Below are positions 7,749-16,838 of a DNA stretch of 30,509 bases, one piece after another; the first letter of the stretch is position 1, and every line of letters begins with the position of its first letter. Under the pieces are notes generated by a model. It searched no databases. It was not told where the DNA came from and saw nothing but the letters and a program-made list of their open reading frames with translations. The position numbers and the translations under genes are program-made. This stretch comes from a virus (Duplodnaviria; Caudoviricetes), in the IMG/VR virus record IMGVR_UViG_3300033475_000116, positions 1-30,509 of that record; one strand, written 5' to 3'.

Positions 7749-8651
7749 TCAGTTATCTCCGTAAAGTCGCTTCTCGTATGCTTCTTTAGCTTTTTGTGTT
7801 CTTATTGCTGCCGGTTCACTGTAGCCAGGGCAGCCCGTGCCGTCCGCCTTCAACTCGGCATCCCGTTCCACAAAGAACGGGCAGTACCAGCAGTTTTTGC
7901 GTTCAGCCAGGGCCGGGATCTGGTCCCAGCGTTCCGGGTGGTTATGGATGTCGAGCTCGATCAGCTTGTAGGCGATCGAGTACATCCGCTCCAGCGCCCG
8001 GGTGGCAATGTCCTGGTCGTATGGTTCCCGCCAGAACCACATGTCCCGTAGTCGACCGTCCCGGGGTGTGAAGATCAGTACGATGTCCCGGACCGGCCGT
8101 CCGGCCTTCCGGTGCCCGTATCCGTAAAGCTGGCCTTGAACCTGGTAAATAGACGGGACACCGTTCTCGCGATACTCCTTGAGTACCGCCGAAGACGGGA
8201 ACTTCCAGTCCCAGACATCCGGCTCGACGTAGACATCAGTGTGACCAGTGACTAGATCATCTACGTGGAGTTCGAGTTCGGATTGCCACCCGAGGTCCCG
8301 GACTTCCCGCTGGTATTTCTCGATCGCTCGTTCCATCCAGCCATGGAGTGCTGTGCCTGCGATAGCAGCGAACGGGTCGCTGCGGAAATTGACTTCTCGA
8401 ATTCCCGCCAGGCCGTAACCAATTCTTCGATCGCAAGTGTGTCCAATTTCGGAGGGTCCGAGCGTTTTTTGGAGGGATCGGGTGGAATTGTCATCGGCGT
8501 ACCTCACTACTTCCAGGATCTGTTTGCGGGCTGCCTCGTTCTCCGGTTCCCGCTCGATCACGGGCCGGAAGCAAGACGCGTGGACCAGGCTGACCTGAGC
8601 CAGGGTGTCGTCCAGGCGTCCACCACAGGCGAGGCATTCAGCCACGGTCAC
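7749..8651 (-). CDS. Cas4-like PD-(D/E)xK exonuclease
   Basis: GPSEIGHTCDR, GTALH, GHTD..VWDWK, QGQLYG, CWYCPF..C (split four-Cys cluster). Confidence 0.85.
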   Translation of the reverse strand: MTVAECLACGGRLDDTLAQVSLVHASCFRPVIEREPENEAARKQILEVVRYADDNSTRSLQKTLGPSEIGHTCDRRIGYGLAGIREVNFRSDPFAAIAGTALHGWMERAIEKYQREVRDLGWQSELELHVDDLVTGHTDVYVEPDVWDWKFPSSAVLKEYRENGVPSIYQVQGQLYGYGHRKAGRPVRDIVLIFTPRDGRLRDMWFWREPYDQDIATRALERMYSIAYKLIELDIHNHPERWDQIPALAERKNCWYCPFFVERDAELKADGTGCPGYSEPAAIRTQKAKEAYEKRLYGDN

Positions 8652-8859
8652 GCTCCTTCACCAGGTTGATGATCCACTCGTCGTTGTCGATTGCCTCGGC
8701 AAGATCACCTAGAACCTGATCGTCATTAATGGGAAGAAGCACGAATTTCCCACTATAGGCATCAGTTTCCAGGGTTTCCATGCCATCCCAGACAAAGTCC
8801 CACAAACCTACCAGCTTGTCCAGGGTGTCCTGTGGAATCTCAACCATTCGCTCACTCAT
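8638..8859 (-). CDS. hypothetical protein
   Basis: ATG 8859 (MSERMVEI) overlapping the upstream stop; 3' part of ORF 8638..8946. Confidence 0.65.
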   Translation of the reverse strand: MSERMVEIPQDTLDKLVGLWDFVWDGMETLETDAYSGKFVLLPINDDQVLGDLAEAIDNDEWIINLVKERDRG

Positions 8860-9025
8860 TGACCGGCTCCCACTCGCTGAAGACTTCCAACCGGCCCGGA
8901 CAGTACCGCCGCTCTCCGACAGCGCTGTCCCAGTAGTGCCCGTCATGCTGGACCCGGGTCACCAGGTCACTCAGGAACGCTTCCGTAACCGCCTCGGGGC
9001 AGTAGCTGACCACGATCTCCGTCAT
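8852..9025 (-). CDS. hypothetical protein (~57 aa)
   Basis: ATGA coupling at 9022-9025; SD GGAAGGTG. Confidence 0.6.
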   Translation of the reverse strand: MTEIVVSYCPEAVTEAFLSDLVTRVQHDGHYWDSAVGERRYCPGRLEVFSEWEPVNE

Positions 9026-9513
9026 GACTTCACCTTCCTGCGGTCGGACTCCTGCGCCCGGCGCCACCGCTCCATTTCCTGCTCGCTGGCATCAACCCAG
9101 ACGCCCAGCAGGCCAAGATCATGACAGTGGAGTTTGCCGTCCTCGCAGTCCTTCAGGACGTAGCTCTCCGGCCTGCCCTGAATCCGACAGAGGTGCCGGA
9201 TCGGCATGATGTTCTCCCAGAATTCCTCCGGGTACTGGTCGAAGATTCGTTCGATTTCCCGCCAGAAAACGTAGATCTTGGCCAGACTCTGAGTCGTCGG
9301 GGTCTGCTTGCCGGTCACCCAGGCGCGCAGAGTCGGAACATCAACCGCCATCATGCGGGCGGTCATGCGCCAGGACAGGTTCAGGTGCTCGATCGTCTCC
9401 TGCAACCAGCCACTTGCGATCACCTTTCGGGCGATCGTGGTCCAGTTGTCGAAGTCGTCGTAGCCCGGAGAGCGGATGAAGTCCAGGTGCAACTCGCCAA
9501 TATCAATAGGCAT
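9022..9513 (-). CDS. helix-turn-helix DNA-binding protein (XRE-like)
   Basis: LNLSWRMTARMMAVDVPTLRAWVTGKQTP; SD AGGGGA; first gene of the leftward operon. Confidence 0.7.
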   Translation of the reverse strand: MPIDIGELHLDFIRSPGYDDFDNWTTIARKVIASGWLQETIEHLNLSWRMTARMMAVDVPTLRAWVTGKQTPTTQSLAKIYVFWREIERIFDQYPEEFWENIMPIRHLCRIQGRPESYVLKDCEDGKLHCHDLGLLGVWVDASEQEMERWRRAQESDRRKVKS

Positions 9514-9615
9514 GTATCCCCTGCTCTCTATGTAGATGTGCCACCTGTGTAAGGAACGCTAGCACGGGCTGGCGACAGTTCCTAGCAAAGTCCAAAAGGT
9601 CCATATACTGCACAT
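9514..9615. promoter_or_regulatory. divergent promoter region
   Basis: leftward TAGCGT (9556-9561, minus strand); rightward TATACT (9604-9609) 6 nt before the TerL ATG. Confidence 0.55.
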
Positions 9616-11049
9616 ATGACAGCCATGCGAGACCCGCTAACAATGTCGCTAAGGGAACGCTTTTCCCTTTTGTCTCCCGGTGAGCAACTTGCGTGGCTGG
9701 AACGCCAGGAGGATTGGGTAGTCGAAGAAATCGCCCGTGGTGAATGGTGGTGGACCCAGCGGCCACACCAGGTCCCGCCCGAAGGCACCGGCCACTTCAT
9801 CATGCTGGCCCTGGCCGGGCGAGGTTGGGGCAAGTCCAGGGCCGGAGGGGAATGGCTCGTCGAGCGAATCCAGAAGCACCCCTACGACACTCATGGTGTG
9901 CCCACCGAGTGGCTGGTGATCGCGGAAACCCTCAGCGACGCCAGGTCCATCTGCATGGAGGGCCCGGCCGGAATTCTGCGGTCGATGGAACGCCAGAAGA
10001 TCATCTTCAAATACATCCGATCCCCCAAGCCGATGGTGCTGTTCCCGGACGGGCAGAAGATTTACTGCATCGGCGCTGACGATGAAGACGTTGGCCGAGG
10101 ATTCAACGCGGCCGGTGGTTGGCTCGACGAGATGGCCAAGTGGAAGAACGCCTACGGGTCCTGGTACGAAGGCATCATGCCCTCCCTCCGGGCCGACCTA
10201 GTAGGCGATCACCCCAAAGTCTTCGTCACTACTACCCCGAAGCCGGACAAGCTTCTCCAGGAGTGGCTGGGGCGCAGCGACGGCACCGTGTTTCTCATGC
10301 GCGGGTCGACGTTCGACAACGCAGCCAATCTTTCGAGCCAGGTGGTCGCGGAGCTTGAGTCCAAATACTCCGGGACCAATCTTGGCCTCCAGGAGCTTTA
10401 CGGGGAGATGCTGGAAGTCATGGACGGGGCGCTGTTCAAGCGCAGCGACATCGAGAATGCCCGGGTCGATGACGTACCCGACGACATTGTCGCGATGTGC
10501 GTCGGGGTTGACCCATCCCTCACCGATGAAGGTGACGAGATGGGCGTGGTCGCTATGGCCCGGAGTCGTGATGATCATCTTTATGTCCTGGAGGACGCCA
10601 CCGTCATGGCAGCGGGACGTGAAGCAGCCCTTCACTGCTGGCGAGTTTGGGCTCGCTGGGGTGCCGACGTACTCGTAGTCGAGGAAAACCTCGCCAAGAA
10701 CTGGATGGCAGAAGTCTTCCGGGATGCCTACCTGGAACTGATCCGGCTCGGTGAAATTGAAGGTGGTACCACCCCGCCACTGGTACGGGTGGACGCCCGA
10801 AAAGGGAAACGAACACGAGGTGAGCCAGTCGCCATGCGTTCTCAGCAGGGGCGAATCCATCACCTCAACCGCTTCGACAAGCTTGAAGAACAACTGTGCC
10901 TGTTTACCGGTTGGGACAGTAAAGAGAGTCCAGACCGTCTTGACGCCTACGTCCATGCTGCCCGATACCTAATCAAAGGTGAGCGTTCCCGGGTTCAAAT
11001 TGTATCTCCATGGGATTACGTTCCCAAGGAGGACATTTTCGGGTTTTAG
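9616..11049 (+). CDS. terL: terminase large subunit
   Basis: Walker A AGRGWGKS, Walker B WLDE, TTTP coupling motif, nuclease GVDPS and SPDRLDA. Confidence 0.95.
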   Translation: MTAMRDPLTMSLRERFSLLSPGEQLAWLERQEDWVVEEIARGEWWWTQRPHQVPPEGTGHFIMLALAGRGWGKSRAGGEWLVERIQKHPYDTHGVPTEWLVIAETLSDARSICMEGPAGILRSMERQKIIFKYIRSPKPMVLFPDGQKIYCIGADDEDVGRGFNAAGGWLDEMAKWKNAYGSWYEGIMPSLRADLVGDHPKVFVTTTPKPDKLLQEWLGRSDGTVFLMRGSTFDNAANLSSQVVAELESKYSGTNLGLQELYGEMLEVMDGALFKRSDIENARVDDVPDDIVAMCVGVDPSLTDEGDEMGVVAMARSRDDHLYVLEDATVMAAGREAALHCWRVWARWGADVLVVEENLAKNWMAEVFRDAYLELIRLGEIEGGTTPPLVRVDARKGKRTRGEPVAMRSQQGRIHHLNRFDKLEEQLCLFTGWDSKESPDRLDAYVHAARYLIKGERSRVQIVSPWDYVPKEDIFGF

Positions 11050-11101
11050 GCCGAGCCCGGCTTCCTATCATAAAAGCCGACTTGTCCGCTACCCTTACGC
11101 C

Positions 11102-11386
11102 ATGATCTCTGTCTTCGCGTTTGCCCTAGCCGTCCTGGCATCGGCACGCTTGACAAGACTCGCTACGAAAGACTCGATTACCGAACCGCTCCGTGTTCGA
11201 ATTGTGGCTAAGGCGAACAAGGAATGGGTTGAGACCCTGTTCTCCTGCCCGTGGTGTATCGGATTTTGGATCTCGGCAATAGTCATCGGGATCACCTGGT
11301 ACTACCACCCGGGCTGGCTAATGTGCACTGAAGCGATCTTTGCTGGTTCGTTTCTTGTTGGATTGCTTTCTCGGGGAGACGCCTAA
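11102..11386 (+). CDS. DUF1360-like small membrane protein
   Basis: RLTRL..KDSITEPLR...LFSCPWCIGFW plus hydrophobic segments; between TerL and portal. Confidence 0.75.
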   Translation: MISVFAFALAVLASARLTRLATKDSITEPLRVRIVAKANKEWVETLFSCPWCIGFWISAIVIGITWYYHPGWLMCTEAIFAGSFLVGLLSRGDA

Positions 11387-13279
11387 ATGGCCGGATGGAA
11401 GAAGGAACGTCAGCCACCCATCCCGGTTGTATCTCCCGGGAAGGCAATGGTGGCCAGCGCCGCCATTTATCCGATTCGAATGCAGGCTTGGCAGTCGTAC
11501 CGATTCACAGATGCCGCATGGCAGGCAGAACTGTGGCGCCTTTATGACTGCATTCCCGAATACCACTTCCTCGTCAACTGGGTGGGTGGCGCCTGCGGAC
11601 GGGTCAAGCTGTATGCCGCTGATGTAGACGACAAGGGCCGGGTCCAGCAGCAGACCGAAAACCAGCAGGTTTCGGACCTGGTGAACAACATGCTCGGCGG
11701 CCCGGAGGCCAAGGCCGAGTGCATCCGGTCGCTGGCGATCAACCTGACCGTGGCCGGTGAGGTGTGGGTGATCGGGCGTACTAACCCGCTCAACAACGCT
11801 GACGAGTGGCTGATCGTTTCCAGTGTGGAGTTGCGCCGCTACGCGGGTGGCTACTACCTGGGCTGGGGCGACCAGCGCATTGAGCTCCAAGAGGGCCGGG
11901 ACCTGCTGATCCGGATCTGGACACCACATCCCCGGATGATGATGTTCCCGGATTCACCGTCGCGTGCGGTCTACCCGATCTTGATTGAGATCGAGAAGCT
12001 GACTCGCTACGTCTTCTCCCAGCTTGACTCGCGTCTGGCGTCTGCTGGTGTCTGGATTCTGCCGGAGTCGCTGGACTTCCCGTCCGATGACGCGCAGGTC
12101 CCGGATGGTGTGCCCGCGTTCATGAAGCAGATGGTCCAGGTGATGTCTGCTTCGCTGAAGGGTGACGGTTCGGCTGCCGCCCTGGTCCCGACGATGATCA
12201 AGTTCAAGGATGAAATCTTTGACAAGATCAAAGCGCCGATCCAGTTCTCCAGCGAACTATCCAGCCAGGCCAAAGACCTCCGCGACGAAGCCCTCAAGCG
12301 TCTCAGTTGGGGCATGGACACCCCCGCCGAAGCGCTCACCGGCATGTCCGACGCCAACCACTGGTCGGCCTGGCACGTAGACGAATCCACCATCAAGTCG
12401 GTCATCGAACCGCTGATGAACCGGATCTGCGACGGGCTTAACCGGGCGTACTTCATTCCCGCCCTGGTTGCGATGGGCTTGGACCCGAAGAAGTACATCC
12501 TCACCTTCGACACCTCAGCCCTGACGGTGCGGCCACAGCGCCTCCAGGACACCCTGAACCTGAACGCTGCCGGTATCGCCTCTGACGAGTCCGTTCTCCT
12601 GGCCGGTGACTACAAGCTGTCAGACGCCCAGTCCGACGAAGAGAAAGACTGGAAGTGGGCCCGGCAGATTGCCATGCAAGACCCGCTGCTGCTCCAGAAC
12701 CCGGACTTCTGCCGCATGGCCAACCTGCCCGACTACTTCATCACGTCCATCAAGAAGATCAACGAGGACGCGGCGAAGGCTGCCGAGGCAGTCAATCCGG
12801 AGTTGGCGAACGCTGGCCCACCACCGCCTCCACCGCCGCCGCGCAACGGTCAGGTTCCGGCGAGCCTGCCACCGATTCCGGCCAAGTCTGTTGCCCCCGG
12901 CGCACCCACCCAGGTTCCGAAACGAACCCTTATGGCCTCGGCGGCACCGCAGGACTTCCTGGGACGCGTCTGCGAACAGGCCGCGCTGCGTGCATTCGAA
13001 GTGGCGGGCGGGAAACTGCTCACCCATTCTTACCGTGGCAAATTCTCCAGCGTTCCGAAGGAAGAACTGCACACGGTGATTCCGGTGACCGATGTCGAGC
13101 ATGCCCGTAGCCTTATCGCGGGCAGCATGAGGCACCTGGATTGCCTGGAGGAATACGGCGTTAATGCCAACCAGGTGAAGGCCGCTGTTGCCACATATTG
13201 CATTAACCAATTGGTTTCGGGACACACCCACAATTACGAGGGCATGCTCGATTACCTGGAGCGGGAGAGGCTGATCTAG
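11387..13279 (+). CDS. portal protein
   Basis: 630 aa after TerL; WQAELWRLYD..PE, RIWTPHP...DSP.RA, GMSDANHWSAW motifs of actinophage portals. Confidence 0.85.
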   Translation: MAGWKKERQPPIPVVSPGKAMVASAAIYPIRMQAWQSYRFTDAAWQAELWRLYDCIPEYHFLVNWVGGACGRVKLYAADVDDKGRVQQQTENQQVSDLVNNMLGGPEAKAECIRSLAINLTVAGEVWVIGRTNPLNNADEWLIVSSVELRRYAGGYYLGWGDQRIELQEGRDLLIRIWTPHPRMMMFPDSPSRAVYPILIEIEKLTRYVFSQLDSRLASAGVWILPESLDFPSDDAQVPDGVPAFMKQMVQVMSASLKGDGSAAALVPTMIKFKDEIFDKIKAPIQFSSELSSQAKDLRDEALKRLSWGMDTPAEALTGMSDANHWSAWHVDESTIKSVIEPLMNRICDGLNRAYFIPALVAMGLDPKKYILTFDTSALTVRPQRLQDTLNLNAAGIASDESVLLAGDYKLSDAQSDEEKDWKWARQIAMQDPLLLQNPDFCRMANLPDYFITSIKKINEDAAKAAEAVNPELANAGPPPPPPPPRNGQVPASLPPIPAKSVAPGAPTQVPKRTLMASAAPQDFLGRVCEQAALRAFEVAGGKLLTHSYRGKFSSVPKEELHTVIPVTDVEHARSLIAGSMRHLDCLEEYGVNANQVKAAVATYCINQLVSGHTHNYEGMLDYLERERLI

Positions 13280-13872
13280 TGACTGTGACGACGCTGATCA
13301 GCCTTGCGGTAACTGATTCGCCAGCATTCTTTGCAGCGCCTCGTCCCGTTACTCGGCTCAATGTAGACATTGTCCGGATCGGTGATGTCGTGGAGGCCCT
13401 TTCGGCACTTGGTGCGTCGTATGTAGGAACCATTTCCCCGCATCAAATTTTCGCTCCGCGTGCATGGCTCAAGATGCTGGGGGTTGATACAACCTCGCAT
13501 TCGGCAAACGTGATCAAGGTCGAGGCCCCGGGGGATTGGACCGACTCGCCAGAGATACGACGCACGATGCGCGAGTGTGGTGCCTTTTACCTTCCGGCCG
13601 GTGGTCCCGTATCCGTTGGGGAAGTAGGAACCGGTCCACAGCCAGCATCCGCTAGCGGTGACAGCGTAACGATTCATCATTTCTTCATCGGTATAACGGC
13701 GAACCTGGACGACGTTACGACCGGATTTGAGAACCCTGCGGTAATGGCGCTCGCACATGCCCTTGCGCAGTCGTCCCGATACGCAATCGGAGTCGTCGAA
13801 GTGACAAACCGCTGGGGCAAAGTTTTGAACGGAGGTGCTGTCGATGTCTGAGGGCGCGGTCGGAGATTTCAA
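13276..13872 (-). CDS. HNH endonuclease (homing-type), antisense to the head operon
   Basis: CWLWTG...GYG...AHRASY...LDHVCRMRGCINPQHL...SEN plus flanking Cys/His clusters; start uncertain. Confidence 0.85.
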   Translation of the reverse strand: MKSPTAPSDIDSTSVQNFAPAVCHFDDSDCVSGRLRKGMCERHYRRVLKSGRNVVQVRRYTDEEMMNRYAVTASGCWLWTGSYFPNGYGTTGRKVKGTTLAHRASYLWRVGPIPRGLDLDHVCRMRGCINPQHLEPCTRSENLMRGNGSYIRRTKCRKGLHDITDPDNVYIEPSNGTRRCKECWRISYRKADQRRHSH

Positions 13873-16303
13873 GGCTCGTAAACTCTTTCGCTACTGGACA
13901 AAGGGCCCCGGTGCGGCGAAAATCTCTTGGGGAGTTCCAGGAGATTTTAATCGATGCACCGCTTTATTGTCAAAGTATTTCCCCAAGAACCCGAAGGGGC
14001 TCTGTGCAAACCTGCACCACCGCGCGCTCGGAGTGTGGCCTGGACAGGAAGACGGCGGACGAAGCCACCACGAACTGCTCGAACTGCTCGCCTCCGGCAT
14101 CGACCCCGAGGGCTACCTCGTCGCCTCAGCGCCCAGCAACCTGGACACCAGCCAGATCATGCACTGGATGGCTCCACTCTTCGACGTGAACGGGTCTTCC
14201 AGCGACATGTCCGGCAGCCGTCGCATCAACCTGGACGGGTTCAGCCACCGAGACCTTCCGATGCCGCTGCGCTGGTCGGAGAAGTCGAACACGGGACGCC
14301 CACACGGTGACTCCGTTGTCGTCGGCCGGATCACCGGTGTCGATGTCAACGCCGATGGTGCCGTCGCGTGGGGAGACATCTTCCCCTCCGACGTGGTCCC
14401 GCAGTCGCACACCATGGCGCACCTGGCCCAAGGCGGCGTGCTCGGTCTGAGCATGGACCCCGGTGGTCCGGTCGAGATGGAAGTTGACGACACCGACGAG
14501 ACCGAGCCCGAGTTCGATGACGCTGGCAGCCCGATCGCCAAGGTCGCCAACATGGTGTTCACCAAGTACCACATGGGTGGCGCCACCGCAGTGCCGGTCC
14601 CGGCCTACGCCGGTCAGCGGATGCTGATCTGGAACAGCGACGAAGACGATCTGGATTCGGAGTTCAATGGGCTGGATCTGGGTGACGAAGAAACCTATGG
14701 AATCGTCGCTTCCGCTGAGTTCACTGTCGTGGCGCATGGCTGGGAGAACATGCCAGTCGCACCCCGGGCAGCCAAATGGTCCGCAGACTCCGCCCTGCAA
14801 CGGATCTTTGCGTGGGCTAACGGCGACCCGAAGAAGCTGTCCAACATCTTCATGTGGAAAGACCCCCACGGGGACCCGCGAGACCTTAGCTCATACCGGC
14901 TACCGATTGCCGACATCGTTGACGATCAGCCCGTCATGTATTACTCCGCCGTTTACCACGGTGCCGCGCTACTTCAGGGTGGCCACGGCGGTCTCCCGAT
15001 GCTCAGCGATGCCGAGCGAACCGCACTAAAGGCCGTCTTTACCCGAATCTACGTAAAGGTGTCTAATGCTCTTGGGGTTCACATTGATGCCCCGTGGAAC
15101 CGGGCACCTACGCGGACCACAGCACCACGTATGGAGGTTGAAATGCCAGAAGACGAGACCCTGACCGCTGCCGTGAACGGTGGTGGCTGGGCTTCCATGC
15201 CGATGGCTTCGCCGGACACCGCGTGGGACGGTGGCGCAGCCAAGAAGGCTTTGGGCGAGCGAGCCGGGATCAACGGGGACAACCCGTCGTGGCAGAAGTA
15301 CGGCCAGGGCTTCCTGTGGCACGCGAACAGCCCGAAGTCGACCGCAGATTTCAAGCTGCCGATCGCTACCGTCATCGACGGCAAACTCACGATCATCCCC
15401 CGGGCCGTCAACGCGGTCGCCTCGGTCCTGGCCGGTGGTCGTGGTGGTGTCGACATCCCCGACGCTGACAAGGCCCGGATCTCCAGTGTTGTCGCCGGTC
15501 TCCAGAAGCGGTTCAAGGAGGGCGACTCGTCGATGACTGCTGCTGGTGCTCCGCTGGCGCCTCCGGCCACCTGGTTCGAGGACCCGAAGCTTCAGGGCAA
15601 GACCAAGGTCACCGTGGACGAGTCGGGCCGGGTGTTCGGTCACCTCGCAGACTGGACCACCTGCCACCTGGGCATCCAGGGCAAGTGCATTATGGCGCCG
15701 CACTCCCACAACGACTACGCCGACTTCCACGTCGGCACCATCGTTACCCAGGAAGGCGATGTTCTCGATGTCGGAAACCTCACTGCTAACACCGGACACG
15801 CCCCCCTCTCGCTCTCTGCGGGTGCAACTAAGTCGCACTACGACGACACGGGCAGTCAGGTGGCAGTGGTACGCGCAGGTGAAGATCAGTTCGGCATCTG
15901 GGTCGCCGGTGCTCTCGTACCAGAAGTGGACATTCCCGCCACCGGAGCTCTCATGCGGCGCAGCCCGCTCTCTGGGGACTGGCGGACCGTGGACGGTCAC
16001 CTATCTCTTGTAGCGGCCCTGCACGTGAACCGTCCCGGCTTCCAGATCAAGCCGATGTTCACCCTGGACGGCGAGGAAGTGGTGGCCCTTCAGGCTGCGG
16101 GCGTGCTCCACGAGAACACTGCCGAAACCGTCTACCTGGAAGGCATGGGTGGTGGCACGATCGTGCACACCCCGCAGTCTTCGACCCCGGTGGCAGAGTC
16201 GGATGATGATGTCGACCCGCAGATCAAGCGGGCGGCTCGCCTGGACCTGCTACTGAACATGCCAGTTCGGAGCGACCGGATCAAGAAGGCTCTGGAGGGC
16301 TGA
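13844..16303 (+). CDS. capsid maturation protease (multi-domain)
   Basis: GGAGGT before ATG 13844; between portal and capsid; PLRW...H.DSVVVGRI..GLSMD and GH.A.W..CH...LSGDWR motifs; internal duplicated domain. Confidence 0.75.
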   Translation: MSEGAVGDFKARKLFRYWTKGPGAAKISWGVPGDFNRCTALLSKYFPKNPKGLCANLHHRALGVWPGQEDGGRSHHELLELLASGIDPEGYLVASAPSNLDTSQIMHWMAPLFDVNGSSSDMSGSRRINLDGFSHRDLPMPLRWSEKSNTGRPHGDSVVVGRITGVDVNADGAVAWGDIFPSDVVPQSHTMAHLAQGGVLGLSMDPGGPVEMEVDDTDETEPEFDDAGSPIAKVANMVFTKYHMGGATAVPVPAYAGQRMLIWNSDEDDLDSEFNGLDLGDEETYGIVASAEFTVVAHGWENMPVAPRAAKWSADSALQRIFAWANGDPKKLSNIFMWKDPHGDPRDLSSYRLPIADIVDDQPVMYYSAVYHGAALLQGGHGGLPMLSDAERTALKAVFTRIYVKVSNALGVHIDAPWNRAPTRTTAPRMEVEMPEDETLTAAVNGGGWASMPMASPDTAWDGGAAKKALGERAGINGDNPSWQKYGQGFLWHANSPKSTADFKLPIATVIDGKLTIIPRAVNAVASVLAGGRGGVDIPDADKARISSVVAGLQKRFKEGDSSMTAAGAPLAPPATWFEDPKLQGKTKVTVDESGRVFGHLADWTTCHLGIQGKCIMAPHSHNDYADFHVGTIVTQEGDVLDVGNLTANTGHAPLSLSAGATKSHYDDTGSQVAVVRAGEDQFGIWVAGALVPEVDIPATGALMRRSPLSGDWRTVDGHLSLVAALHVNRPGFQIKPMFTLDGEEVVALQAAGVLHENTAETVYLEGMGGGTIVHTPQSSTPVAESDDDVDPQIKRAARLDLLLNMPVRSDRIKKALEG

Positions 16304-16536
16304 TGACCGCGTTTATCGGTATGGCAATGCACTACACCAGCTACGGCACGCCGGGTGGCGAGTACGGCAAGGAGTGCAGGGCAGCTATCGTCACCGAGAT
16401 CCTGAAGCCGTACGTGAGCGACGATGAGCACGAGGTGGTCAGCCTCGCGGTGCTGAACCCGACCGGAGTTTTCTTCAACCAGGAAGTCAAGTACGACAGG
16501 GACCGCGCAGGCGGCACCTGGCACTACTCACATTAG
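16303..16536 (+). CDS. hypothetical protein
   Basis: TGATG coupling; SD GGAGG. Confidence 0.7.
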   Translation: MTAFIGMAMHYTSYGTPGGEYGKECRAAIVTEILKPYVSDDEHEVVSLAVLNPTGVFFNQEVKYDRDRAGGTWHYSH

Positions 16537-16549
16537 GAAGGGGCTAGAG

Positions 16550-16711
16550 ATGGCGTGTAGTTCGTGCGGTAAAGGTGCCACCGACAACCAGTTTTACGAG
16601 GTGCTGGACCCGTCCGGAAACGTTGTGACCGAAGTGCAGGGACATTTCGCCGCAAAGGTGGAGGCTTTCAAGCGTTTCGGTGCAACTGGGCGTACTCGCC
16701 CAAAGCAGTAA
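16550..16711 (+). CDS. small CxxC protein (53 aa, MACSSCGK...), absent from the ORF track
   Basis: manual translation; SD GGAAGGGG; small N-terminal-Cys genes often precede capsid genes in actinophages. Confidence 0.7.
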   Translation: MACSSCGKGATDNQFYEVLDPSGNVVTEVQGHFAAKVEAFKRFGATGRTRPKQ

Positions 16712-16730
16712 ATAGGTGCTAACATCCCCC

Positions 16731-16838
16731 TAACTTGATCACCGCTGTGCTGCGAGCCGGGTGCTGAGAGGACAAGCTGGTCGCTGGGCTGTGAGCCGGA
16801 TCGGATGAGACAACCAATCCATTCGAAAGGTTCATGAG
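16731..16838 (+). promoter_or_regulatory. putative capsid promoter and structured 5' leader
   Basis: TAACTT 16731-16736; repeat GCTGYGAGCCGG at 16749-16760 and 16788-16799; SD GAAAGG. Confidence 0.5.

Noticed and set aside
7749-8651. Cas4-like gene as evidence of CRISPR-Cas
   Set aside because: No repeat-spacer array or other cas genes; solo Cas4-like exonucleases beside SSB and primase are routine in actinophages
12815-12845. Poly-proline/CCG run in the portal as a DNA repeat element
   Set aside because: Mixed synonymous codons indicate a protein linker
13276-13872. Group I intron or intein around the HNH
   Set aside because: Portal has its own stop and the protease its own SD/ATG; the HNH is antisense and fills the gap, leaving no room for a ribozyme core
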